Below are positions 1 to 12,728 of a stretch of DNA of 64,000 nt, one piece after another. The notes beneath the pieces were generated by a model, which saw only the letters and a list, made by a program, of their open reading frames with translations, had not been told where the DNA came from and ran no database searches. Source of the DNA: Batkoa obscura (taxonomy: Eukaryota). The stretch spans positions 930,001 to 994,000 of the forward strand of contig JASVEC010000015.1 in the NCBI GenBank assembly GCA_030770535.1, written 5' to 3'. The translations under genes and the position numbers were made by a program. Position 1 is the first letter of the stretch. Each line of letters starts with the position of its first letter.

Positions 1-1774
1 AGTGGATATGGGGATTGGTAGAATGGTGAGTTTATTATTTTAATAATAATAATATGTAATGAATAAAATATCGGATATTAATAAATTAATTTGATTATTT
101 TTTAGGGGTTAAAACAAATTAAGAAATGTACATATACAGATAAAGATTTTTGTGTATTAGAAGATGAAGAATCGGATGGTAATTAATTATATCATTTAAT
201 GTAGAACTTGTTATTAATCCATTTATAACTTTAATATAATAGAAGGACAATATGTTAATTTATTAAAAAATCCAGAACGGTTTACAGGTTATGGGGGTGA
301 CTCCGCAGCCCAAGTTTGGAAAGCAATATATGAAGAAAACTGTTTTAATTTTTTAAATGAAAAAGAAAATTCATTAACATCAAACTTAATGTCCAATGAT
401 TTATTGATGGGATTATGTAAAGAAAAAAGAATCTTTTATAGATTGATTTCAGGTGAGTGTTAAGAGATAAATACTATTATAATATTGTAATTGTATTATT
501 AATTATTAATTTTGTCTTAGGTTTACATGCTTCCATTTCAACTCATATTTGTTCAGATATTATAATACAAAAACAGAATCTTGGGTAAATTAAATTTCTA
601 CTTTTTATCAATATTTTGAATTCAAATATGAACTTTATTAATATAAGTAATTAGGAACCTAATTTAGAATGTTTTATAAGTCGAGTCGGTTCTCATCCCG
701 ATAGATTAGAAAATATGTATTTTAATTATATGTTGCTATTAAGAGCAGTAACTAAAGTTACTAAATATTTGGAAAATTATCAATATTGTTCATTGGACCA
801 AGAACAAAATTCAAGTATTAAGGTAAGTACTATTAAGAATAGAGAGTTAGTTGATGTAATAGAAATATTAATCTAATTTCAAAACTATAGGAGTTATTAA
901 GTAATATCAAAACCCATGCTAAAAATTGTCCAGCTACTTTTGATGAGAACAATCTTTTTGTTAATAAAGATGCTAAAGTAAGTATTATTATTATTAATTA
1001 ATTCTTTTTTTATTAGTAATTTTTACCTTATATTAAATCTAGCTCCTTAAAACCGAATTTAAACAACATTTTCGAAATATCTCACAAGTCATGGATTGTA
1101 TTGGTTGTCAAAAATGTCGATTATGGGGTAAAATTCAAACTGGAGGTAAATTCCAAATTATAGTTATAATAATTAAACGAACATTTATTAACCTTCTTTA
1201 TTTTTAATTTAGGTTTTGGTACTGCCTTAAAAATATTATTTTCTTATGAAGAAAAGAGTTTGAAGTAAGTGAAGAATTTCAATCTATTTTTTATAGAATT
1301 GTATTAATATATTTATTTATTTATTTATGTGTATAGTCCTAAAAGAAATCCGGATTTATTTAAAAAAACAGAAATTGTAGCTTTATTTAATACCTTTGGT
1401 AGATTAGCTGAATCTATTGCATCCGTGGAAATGTTTAGAGAGATGTATTTGAAGAAATATAATTTTGAAAAAGATGAAAAGAAGACTTCAAAGAAAGAAA
1501 ATGGATATGAAAAAAAGACTCAAAAGAGTGAAGATGTAAAAGAAAATAAGAGGACGATAGTGAATATGGTTTTGAAAAGAAAGATGTCAATAAGAATGAA
1601 AGTAATCAAAATATGAAAGATGAAACTACGATGGACAAAAAGAATAGTTCTATTTATAGTCAAGTGATTCATTTTATTCTGAATTCACTTGAATCAACTA
1701 TGGACTATGTTGATTCAAGAATTCCCACTTTAAAATATTATCGTAATCTTTGGATTAAATCTATACTTAGTTAA
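1..1774 (+). CDS. ERO1: ER oxidoreductin 1 (5'-truncated by the window edge, multi-exon, two apparent 1-nt deletions)
   Basis: Spliced exons give [81 protein letters not shown] (CxxCxxC active site) and [16 protein letters not shown]. Frameshifts near 559 and 1548. Confidence 0.95.
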
Positions 1775-2080
1775 TTTGACACTATTCTTATACTTCATAT
1801 CTTATTTTTGTTTTTTAAATAAAATTCAATTTCTTATTTTATTGATTTAATAGTTAAATTAATTTTATTAATGTTAATATTAATAAAAATAGGAAGAAAT
1901 AAAAAATATTTAATTTATTATTATTATTATTATTATTAAACTTCTTTAAATTAATTTATTAAAACTTTAGTTAACTTTAATACAGTAACTTATTATCAAC
2001 ATCGAAAAATCTTCCATTAATAATAAACCCCTTATTAACCTACCTCCTCCTTCTTATCTTCTCTCCTTCCACTTTCTTCT

Positions 2081-2771
2081 TTATCTCAAAAAGGAAATTG
2101 GATTCTCATTTAAATCAACTGTTTTCAAATGATTACTATTTTGTAATAAAATATCATAATGATGATATTCCGTTCTTAATTTTTTATATTCTTGTAAATA
2201 AGCTTCCATTTCCATATTTCCATTTAAAAATTGCTCACTTAATTCCATAGCTTTTTGATCTAAATTACTTTTTTCTTGTTTTAATTTTGGGATATATTGT
2301 TTTGGATTATATTTCTATAATAGACAAATGAATTAATAAATATGTTATGTTATTATTATCATTATTGTTGTTAACTAGGATATTGTAATATTAATAACTT
2401 ACACTACTCAATTCAGATTCTCTTCTTTTTAACATTTGAAACTTGTGTTCTAGTTCTTCAATCACTTGTCCTTTTTGATTAATCGCTTCTTTTAAACTTA
2501 GGTATTTTCCTTCCATTGATAAATTATCCACTATATAGAAATAAACTCATTAATATCAAAATATTAAAATTGGTTTATTAATTTAAGATAATCTAAAAAA
2601 ATAAGATATACTTACTAGCTAATTCTTCGTTACCTAATTGAAAATCTTGTAAATTAATTCTTTGATTAATGACTTCAGGTAAAGAATTAAAATATTCTAA
2701 AAATTCGGATTCAATAGTTAATAAAGTAAATAATTCATCCGAACTATTTTTACAATAAAAAGCAAATTATT

Positions 2772-2806
<35 letters not shown>

Positions 2807-3165
2807 TTTCTTTCTATTACTTCTTTTATTAATTATTGAAATCTGAAGTTAGAAATAGAAAGGAGAAATTAAAAAATTATCTTAAATTACCTTTTAGACG
2901 TTATACTAGGAAAAAAGGTAGATATAGCTTCTTGTAATTGTAATGGATTTCGATGTTCTCTTTCAGTATCTACTTCTCTAGCTGATGCTGAATTGAGGTT
3001 ATTAGCGTAATTAGAATTATGACTTGTAGTTGGATTATTATAATTGGAACTTTGATTAGATGTTGGATGACTATTGTAATTGAGGTCTTGACTTGTATTG
3101 GGGTTAGGGTTATAGTTCGGATTTTGATATATGTTGACAGTTGGATTAGTATTATTATAACTCAT
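2081..3165 (-). CDS. VPS37: ESCRT-I subunit Vps37 (Mod(r) domain), 4 exons
   Basis: N/P-rich N-terminus, then spliced NEELA-VDNLSME...LSEQFLNGNMEMEAYLQEYKKLRTEYH, typical of the Vps37 C-terminal domain. Confidence 0.75.
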
Positions 3166-3393
3166 TTTTATTTTAATTGCTAGTTTTGTTGTTAGTCAAT
3201 AATGAAGAGATAAATAAAATCTAAAAATCAATATGATATCTTTATCTTAGTTTAAAATTTCAATTTATAAATTGATGAAAAGAATGAGTAGAATGATTTA
3301 ATTTGAAGTCATAAGTGAAATGAATTAAAATTCAACAAAATTATAAATGAGGATTTATTTATTTTACTCAATTTTTTTAAATAAATTAAAATA

Positions 3394-3893
3394 ATGAATA
3401 ATTATCCAAAGGTAAAAAATAAATATATTTTAATATTAAATTAATTAATTTCTATTTTTATTGTTATTTAACAGCATTTTTATGACGATGAAGAAGATTA
3501 TCCAAGTCAATCTTATTATGGTGATAATGGGTAACATTAAATTAAATAAAATTTGTTTTTATAAAATAAAAATTAAACTTTTTTATTATCAGTTTCGATA
3601 ATGATTTTATCAACTCAGAAATATTAGAAGATAACTCAGAAACCAATATAACAAGTAATAATAATCAACGTTTATTATTAATGGGCTTAAGAAGGTAATA
3701 AAACAATTGATTTCAATAATTTCAATTTAAAATTGATTTTATTACTGATAGGAGTGGCAAATCTTCCATATTTCAAGTGGTATTTCATAAAATGGGGCCA
3801 AATGAAACTTTATTTTTAGAATCTACATCTAAAGTAACTAAAGATAATATAACGTAAGTATATTTTATAATAAATAATAATAATAATAATAAG

Positions 3894-3924
<31 letters not shown>

Positions 3925-4944
3925 TATAGTTCTTTTATTAACTTTCAAGTATGGGATTTTCCAGGTCAATTAGATTATTTTGATGGTGAATTTGATGCAG
4001 AAAGTATATTTTCAGGTGTCGGTGCTTTAGTTTTTGTTATTGATGCACAAGTAAGTAAATAGAATACAAATAGTGACTATTTTTTAAACTATTATATTGA
4101 TTAATATTCCTTTATACAGGATGATTATTTAGAATCTTTAACTAAACTGCATGACACAGTAATTCATGCATATAATGTGAATCCAGATATAGCATTTGAA
4201 GTATTTGTACATAAAGTAGATGGGTTATCAGATGATTATAAAATAGATTTACAACGAGATATTCAACAAAGAGTATTAGATGAATTAGCTGATGTTGGTT
4301 TAGAAAATATACCTTTAGCATTTTATCTTACTTCAATTTATGATCATTCAATATTTGAAGCATTTTCTAAAGTCATACAAAAAATGATACGACAACTACC
4401 AACATTAGAAAATTTGTTAAATATATTATGTTCCAATTCGGGTATTGAAAAAGCTTATTTATTTGATATTACATCAAAGATTTATCTTGCTACTGATTCA
4501 TCCCCAGTTGATATGCAATCATATGAAATTTGTTCGGATATGATTGATGTAGTTATTGATTTAACTTCAATTTATAAGTAAGTTTATAAGTTCATCATTT
4601 TATTTTTATTATTTGTTATTTATTATTTATTTGATTTTATAAGTATCCCACCAACTTCACGTATAACTAGTTCCGATGAAGAAAATGGAATTCAATACTC
4701 TAGTGTTTCTAGTAAAGAAGCATATTCATCTATTCAATTGAATAACGGTTTGGTATTATATTTTCGAGTGATTAATCCATTTTTAGCGTTAGTTTGTTTA
4801 CTTCGTCAGGATGCTTTTGAAAAGAGAGGTTTAATTGATTATAACTTTCAATGTTTTAAACAAGCTATTTTACAAGTTATTGAAGTCCGAAATTTAGGTG
4901 TGAATGTAATAAGTGATCAAGATGGTTTTGGCTTACAAAGTTAG
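3394..4944 (+). CDS. GTR2: Rag C/D-type GTPase
   Basis: [15 protein letters not shown]-loop split by an intron, [46 protein letters not shown], and a C-terminal roadblock region. Confidence 0.96.
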
Positions 4945-5195
4945 TCAATATATAACAAATTATCGAATTTGAATATTTAAAAAGGAAGACTTTTTAATAA
5001 TTCAAGAGACAAATAAATAAAATAAGCTTTTTAATTTTGAAATTTAAGTTGAAATATTAAAAGGAATTGATTTTTAAAATTAAAATAAGTTCAATTATTT
5101 TATTTAATAAAAATATAAAAATACTAAAATTTCTTTTTATATAATATTTAACTTGCTCATTTATTAAACTAATTAATTAATTAAAAGTAAACTAA

Positions 5196-7026
5196 TTAAT
5201 AATTACTTATTATTAATATTAGAATTCCCATTACAGTTGCTCCTAATAAATTCGGTTTTCCCATTATTGCTGAACTACTAATCAAATAATCATAATTCAT
5301 ACCTAATTCCAATACCAATGGAGGAGGTGAGTAATTAGTAACTTGCCATAAATAACATTTATCAAAACTCAATGGCAATGAGGTAATGTTTTGTCTATTT
5401 GTACCTTTAGGACAATTCAATATTTCATTATTAATCATTAATTCTCTCCCATCTAAAGCAGATTGAGTAGCTATCCAAGAAACCATAGTATCTAAGGAAC
5501 ACTGAGAGTATTTACCTGTAGGAAAATTCAATTGAGAACAATCTCGATTTTTACATAATTCTGTTACGGTTTGATAAGCTTGTTTTGGGGTAATTCCTTT
5601 TGTAATTGATTTACATGGAGATTGAAGATTCACACAATTACATACTTGTTGATTTGGTTTATTAGGTGGTTGAAGTTTAATACTAGTATCACATGATGTG
5701 TTTTTAGTTTCTATTTTATAGGATGAGAGTTTAGTAGAATCCTAAAATATAATTAAGTTAATATTTATTAAATTAAATACTAAATATTAAATATGATTAC
5801 TTTTGGTGGATATGATTTCCAGGTATTTGTTAACCTAAAATAGGACGGGAATAAAGTAATATCTTTTTCAATATGTCTAACAATTCCAGTTCCAGAACTA
5901 CCTTCTTTTAATTCATAAACAAAACCACCAGAGAGATGATCAACTATAGGAGCTTTACCTAATTCATTAAACTATAGTTGATTAAAATATATTAATGACT
6001 CTGTTTTTTTGTATGATTATAAATTACAAATTACCATATCAAAAGTTCTAGTATCTGAATCATCACAACCAATTTCACTGAAAAATAAAGGCACTGGATA
6101 TGAATTCCATGGAAATGTATCGAAATCAACACTATTTGGTAACTTTAATTTGTTACACATATTTAAAGAACTGAAAGATATGAAATCAGGCTATTTTAAT
6201 ATACATATTAATATTTGAAGAGATATTAAATTTAATAAGTTAAAACTTACTCTTGTATCGCTATTGTCTTCAGGACAAGTAAAATAATTAGTATAGCTAT
6301 CTAATTTTTGTTTTAAATCACTACGAACAGATAAACCAATTATTGGCAAACTTTTCAAATCTTTAACATTTTTACTTTGTTCTTTAATAATCCCTTTAGT
6401 ATCTCTAATTATAGCTTTACTAATACTTAAACTAGTTTCATAATTATCTTCTGATTTCAATAACTCTTTAGATTCAAAGCCTGCAATAAACCCCATGAAA
6501 TTGGAATATTTTAAAAATTCTTGAACTATTAATTCCATAGAAGAATAATCATCCACCCCATAAACACTATTCATTTTCTCATCTCGAGTAGCTATTGTAT
6601 TCATACCTAATACTACTTGAATCTTATATTTCTTAAATATATTCATACATTGACTATGATCTTTTTTAGCATCTATCTAAAAATAAAATATTAATAAAAA
6701 TTCATTTCAAATTTATTGAAAAAAGTTTTTACCGAATAAACTAACACAGCGTTGGCCCCAATATCCGAAGTTAACTTAGCATAATAATTACATAAACTTT
6801 CATCTAAAGTTAATGGATCGACATCTATTTCAAATCGATGTTGATATACTAAACCTTTGATAAAAAATCGACTACCATCTTGTTGATTAAAAAAATAATT
6901 TCCTTTGATAATAACTTCTCTTTCTGGTATATTTACTTGTGATGCTGAAGTTGAAGAGTTGGTATTTTGACTTTTTATTATGATACAAAATAATAGACAA
7001 GAAACTATTTGAATGATGGATAACAT
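5196..7026 (-). CDS. GH72 beta-1,3-glucanosyltransferase (Gas/Gel family) with Cys-rich X8-like domain and hydrophobic GPI-type tail
   Basis: Signal peptide, IKGNYFF..DGSRFFIKGLVYQ, DPL, YPVPLFFSEIGC (nucleophile Glu), SGGFVYE, and a hydrophobic C-terminus. Confidence 0.85.
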
Positions 7027-7525
7027 TGAAGAATATATTTATATAGATTGGAATTAATTAAATATTTATTATATTATTTATTTATTTTATTTTATTTTGT
7101 TAGTAATAAGTAAAATTAAGTGAATTAATTATATTAAGGATAAGGAGATATTATTCCTTCCTTTCAATTTAAAAATATTAAAAAATCAATAACAGCTTAT
7201 GATTAAATTGTACAAATAATTTCTATTCAATTTGATTGATGAATTGAATTTGAATGGTATCAAAAACAAAACCTTTTTTTCAACTAATCATAGCATCAAA
7301 ATAGCTGTAATAGCTCAATTATTGGTTAAAAGTGACAAAATAAAACCAATTCGAACAATGTGCTCATTGACCGGTTTTAGCTAATGGATTTAATCTATTG
7401 GATTAATTTGGAAATTTGTTTGTGGGTTCAACCAATCATAATGAAAACAATTAATTAATAATACCAGTATACTATTAATTTGGTAAAGTTAATTGATTGA
7501 AATGAAATTAATTAATATTACTATT

Positions 7526-7588
7526 ATTTTTAAATATTTAATTTGATATGATTTTTAAATATTTAATTTGATATGATTTTTAAATATT
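7526..7588. repeat. 25-bp tandem repeat, about 2.5 units (atttttaaatatttaatttgatatg)
   Basis: Direct reading of the sequence. Confidence 0.85.
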
Positions 7589-8093
7589 GATGAATGGGAC
7601 TGAGGATTCTATTGTATGTAGCAATGAAAGAAGAACTGAAGGTTTAGTTGTGTTTTATTCTTGGATTACAATATGCTTTAAGTTTATAGAAAATGTATAA
7701 ATATTTAAAATAGAGATGGACTAAATTATTACGCTTGAGAAGTATATGTAAATGAGTTAAATTATATTAATCATTTATATTAAGTAAATTAAAATAAATT
7801 TGATAAAGTTTATTTAACTAGAATCATTATAAAAAATATTATTTTGTAAAAGTCAGACTGTTCAAAATAATAATAATTTTGAATCAGATAAATGGATTCA
7901 TTTATAAAATGTATAAAAACTAAATCCATTTGTTTATATGAAAAACAAAAGTTTGACTAAAAAGTTCCAAAGCTACAGAATTCAATAAAAAAGCAAAATT
8001 CCTATCAATAACATTACTTTAATTTAAGTAAAAAATTAAAAATAACATTAAGATTGTCCAGATCCATCATCTCATTATTCCACCATTCTCTGT

Positions 8094-9058
8094 TTAACTT
8101 AAACACAACTGCTGGCCTAAATAATAGAGATATAACCCTCCAAAAAAATGCCAACAAGAATGGGTAGGAGCTACACCTTTTCTATCAATAATAAAACAAG
8201 AAATACCAATTATTCCAGTCACTAAAGCTTTATAATACCCTAATTGTAACATACAATAAAAATTCGTTGGTAATACTAAGGCAAAGATAATGAGTGATGT
8301 AGTGGCTGTATCTTCCCAAAATTTTATAAAGATAAGGGTAGTAAAAGCTAATGCTGAGCCCCAGATGATTGGGGAATTTTCGATAGGATAAGTGGTGGGA
8401 TTTTTACCTAAAAGGGCGAAAGTGACCTATGAAATGAAATAAAATCTTAGTAAAAGAATCTCAATAATAGAACTAAGGAATAAAAGCTTACCAACACAAC
8501 CATGATTGTAGCAAAAGCAGCATCCGCTGAACTAAATAGTTTATATAAGGTCCAATGATAAGTGAAACTAGATATAGCAGTGATAACCGAAAGTAAAATA
8601 AAACAAGTCATTATTGGATCCATTGTAGTCGATTCAAACTCTAATAATAAATACAATGGGAAGGCAAAAAAGATGGAAGTAATGGTACACCAGAATTCCG
8701 CTATTAAAGAATTTATATTAAAATCTAATATTTATTTTTAAATAATTTAACTTACCAATGGAAGGATGAACATAGTATTTGGATTCCATAGTGACCACTA
8801 CCGCTTTCATAAATAATTTTTCCATAACTGTTAGTTCTGAAGAGTGAAGTTGTTTTAACAATTGTTTATCTTTTATTAGTTCAATTTCATCCTTTTTATG
8901 ACAACTGCAAGAGGAGTTTGTAAGTGACTAGAATAAGATAAAAATTAGTATTTATTTTAGTTGGTATTATGTAATGGTTATGGATGAAGACAAGATGGCG
9001 TTAGTTATAGAAGATATACCTTAAAAAAAGCCAAAAGATTATCAGTATAAGTAGACAT
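8094..9058 (-). CDS. Alkaline ceramidase / CREST-superfamily membrane hydrolase, 4 exons
   Basis: IAEFWCTITS, SSFTYHWTL...AD and THSCWHFFGG carry the CREST SxxxH / D / HxxWH zinc-ligand motifs; multiple TM helices. Confidence 0.85.
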
Positions 9059-10912
9059 TATGAATCAAAGTGAAGTAAATTGCAACTTATAAAATTAGAA
9101 ATATTGAAAAAAAACAAAAGAGTTAATAGTTGATAATAGATTCTTTTTATTCTACTCAATAAATTTATTAGAGTTTTCATATTCATTTCTTTTTTTATTC
9201 AATATTAATAAAACTCCACCTAAACAACCAATCAATTCCCATTTGACCCTTATTTTTTATCTATTTTATTAAATCCCCTCCACACTTTTGTAAGAGAAAT
9301 TTCTTACTTTTAATTTCGATTAAAATTGAACACTACATCAAAAAGTATTTTCATTATAGCCAATTAAAGTGGTTGCTTAGTTTGTTAGAATGCTTCTAAT
9401 TTGAGACTGGTACCATAGATCGTTGTAAGGTTCCTTATTTTGATTTAAAACAACCAATTAATATTAATCTCGGTGGATTTTCAACTGAAATTTAGAGGGA
9501 ACATAAAGATGACCAATTAAATGATTTTAAGCTAATAGTTAAATAAAATAAGTATTATACAATATCAAGAAAATGAATGGTAGTGGGTCTTGTTTAAGAT
9601 AACTTGTGCTCCCAAGGAAGTGGTTTTATTACTGAGAAGTTTGGAATCTTAAAGTGGAAGCTTGGATTTTATTTTCAAATAGTATCTTTTTTTAAGGTGA
9701 AGTTGGAATTATGAGCTTATTTATCATGCCAACTTTTTGATGTGTTGAGTTAAACTTGTGCTTTTTTTAATGAAATTGAAGATACATTTTTGAGACAGTT
9801 GCTATATTTGAAATTTGATGAATTGCTTTTTAATAATTGAAAACACATTTAATAAATAAAAAGAGAAGCTTTTCTAGTTATCAATAACGCAGATGTATTA
9901 TTTTGAAAGTATAAAAAACTTTTGATTTATAATCTATTCATTTTTGTCTTTGATTTGTTTCTTTTGAAGAAACTTTACTATTTGTTGACTATTAAGTAAA
10001 ATGATATTGAATTATAAAAGGTGAGTTTATTATTGAAATAAATCGATAAAATTTGAACAATTAATAATATAGTTTCTGTGGAAAAAAGGGATAAAATTCC
10101 ACGAGTTTCAATTGTTAAATATCATCTAGTCTTAAGTTAACTAGTTTAACCTAATAATTTAAGTTATTAAAAATAACTCTTCTTAGAGTGATTACATTTA
10201 ACACTATGTACACAATATCATTTAATAGAAAACTCTATACCCTAAATTATTGTATTATACCCAAGCTCTATTTTATTTAATAACCCCATTCTTTTTAACA
10301 CTTATTAAAAAAATGGTTGAAACAATTAATTTTAAAAAATTTAAGGGTCACAATCAGAATAAATTATTTTTAAACAATGAGAGTTTATTAAACTATTTTA
10401 TTTAGCAAGGGAAATAAAAGTTGATGGCTTATTATAGAGAGTTTTTAGTATATTGATTTTAATTTTTATAATATATCAGATAGTAGAGACAGAATAATAC
10501 ACTTTTATAAAAAAGAACAATTTAACTATGAATTTTTTGTTAGCTTTTGTCAGTTCAATTTTTTTTTTAGAATTTTTTGAGCATGCTTTTCAACAATGTT
10601 AATTTCAGTCATGTTAGCTTATATAAGAAGTTAGTTTTTAAAAATGATCTTTGAATATTGATATATTTGGGATTTTGATCTCTATTCTAATGATCACATT
10701 ATTACTATATTTTCAAGGGTCTGATATGTTATAATATCTAGAGTAAAATAATTTATAATAACAAATTATAAGACAAAGATTAAATAAAATTATAGTATAG
10801 GGATTTTTATTTTAATTACAATATATGCCAAAGATATAGAAAAAAAGAGATAGAATTGATATATTAGAAAAGCAAAGTATATAACATGAAAAAGTTTCCA
10901 AAGATATAGCAA

Positions 10913-11227
10913 TTAGTTGCTAGCAATTTCCGATTTTTTAGGAAAGAAACCTGCTTTAGGATCCAAGGGTAAACCAGATATAGGATCAATATTATTTTCA
11001 CAACATTTTTTATAAAAAAGTAATAATCTTGCTTCATCAAAGTCACAAGCATCTTCTTCCATTATGTCTTCCACTAATTCGGAATCTAATCCTCTTTCAT
11101 CGTCATTATTTTTGATGTTATCTTTTAAATTAAAATTAGCACTGTTTAATCCCTTAGCTATATCTTCTTCATAAACGGATCTTCTTCTACGGAAGATTTT
11201 AGGTACCATCATGGTCAAACTTAACAT
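10913..11227 (-). CDS. DUF2015-family small fungal protein
   Basis: EDIAKGLNSANFNL..N..DDERGLD...IM....FDEARL......NNIDP.SGLPLDPK matches the family pattern. Confidence 0.8.
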   Translation of the reverse strand: MLSLTMMVPKIFRRRRSVYEEDIAKGLNSANFNLKDNIKNNDDERGLDSELVEDIMEEDACDFDEARLLLFYKKCCENNIDPISGLPLDPKAGFFPKKSEIASN

Positions 11228-12728
11228 TTTGTTTTTTTAAACTTTTAGTCTTGATTGTTATATTTTTTGATAAATTCAATGTGATTATTATTTGTTTATA
11301 TACCTTTTTTAATAATTTATTTTGAGTGGCTCTTAATTAATATTGTCTATAAAACCTGAAAGATTTAGCTTAAAATAGATCTCCTATTCAACTCATTTCT
11401 ACAGTTATGCTATTACCCCTGAAAAATTGACTATTCCAATACCAATAAAAATGGACGTTAAAAAAATTCCTATGACTCTTATTTGTCCTTTTGTTTGATA
11501 TGTCTTAAATGCTAATCATTAATGGGATGATTTGATATTGAACTGATATGTTAACGGATAGCATTTATCAATTATGCAGCTATTAATTGATGTTGGTTTT
11601 GTTTCATTAGTGTTTTTCTTGTGATGTTTTTAACTTTAGTTGTTTTTATTAACCCAATGTTTCGGATTCGAGTTATTACAATTGATCTTTTTATTCTTAA
11701 ATTTAAGAGGAACAAGTTAGTGAAGTTTTATTGCTATTCGATTCAACTTGTTTTATGTTACAGTTTGTATTTCTATAATAACGCTCTAATGTCGGTTAAA
11801 AAAGTCTTGGAAAACTATGATGACATTATGATATTTTATTAATTTTAACTCTTCATTTATCTCCAGTTATTAAGTTTTAAAATTCTAAAGTCAACCACGC
11901 TCTTTTTGCATCAAATTCAAATAAAAAAATATTAAGACTAAATTTTAAATTTAATTAAATTTAGTAATAAAACCCAATATTAATTTATTTAATATTTTTA
12001 TGCTATTCTTTAATAATTACTATGCTAATTATCATATTAATTGTGTTAATTATTATGCTAATTATTACTAAAAGAGCCTTATAAATTTAAACAATTCAAA
12101 TACTATCCTAAAAACTGCCAATTTATAATAACTTTATTAATATTGTTATTAGTAACAAGTTCACTATTTGATCATTTGTACTATCATTGTTCTATTTATA
12201 TACTAGATAATTTATTATGTATTGATTTTTTGATTTATAATTTAATTTTATTTTATTTTGATTTTGGACTAATAACAACAAGGATCTATAAACTTTATTT
12301 TTAAAAATTTAGTTTAGTTACATTGCTAGTCTATAATATATGAATTTGTATCTGCTGATCTTTGTCATACTTATAATAGATAACACGATACTATAGTTTT
12401 ATACTTTAAAAACTAGTACAATTAAACTTCTGTTCTGTAATATCCGGATCTGTCACTCCATATCCTTTCTCTATGTTACTAATAAATAATAGAAAAATCT
12501 GTACTATTATAATTTTGAAAACAAAACAAATATGAAATGAGCTAAAAAATTTACTTGAAACTTTATTAAATTTTAAAAAACCAATAATAAAATGGAAATA
12601 TCTTTAATAATGTATATGTCGAAAAAAATAGTGTTTATAAAAGAATAAAATCATATTCAAAAAGTTATCCTTCAACTATCATATACATAAAAAGGGAGTT
12701 TAGCATTATTGTAGCTCACCTGATATAA

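Noticed and set aside
11520..11850. Strand-biased stretch and 73-aa ORF upstream of the DUF2015 gene, possibly a decayed gene
   Set aside because: No consistent frame, splice model or recognisable protein motif could be built.
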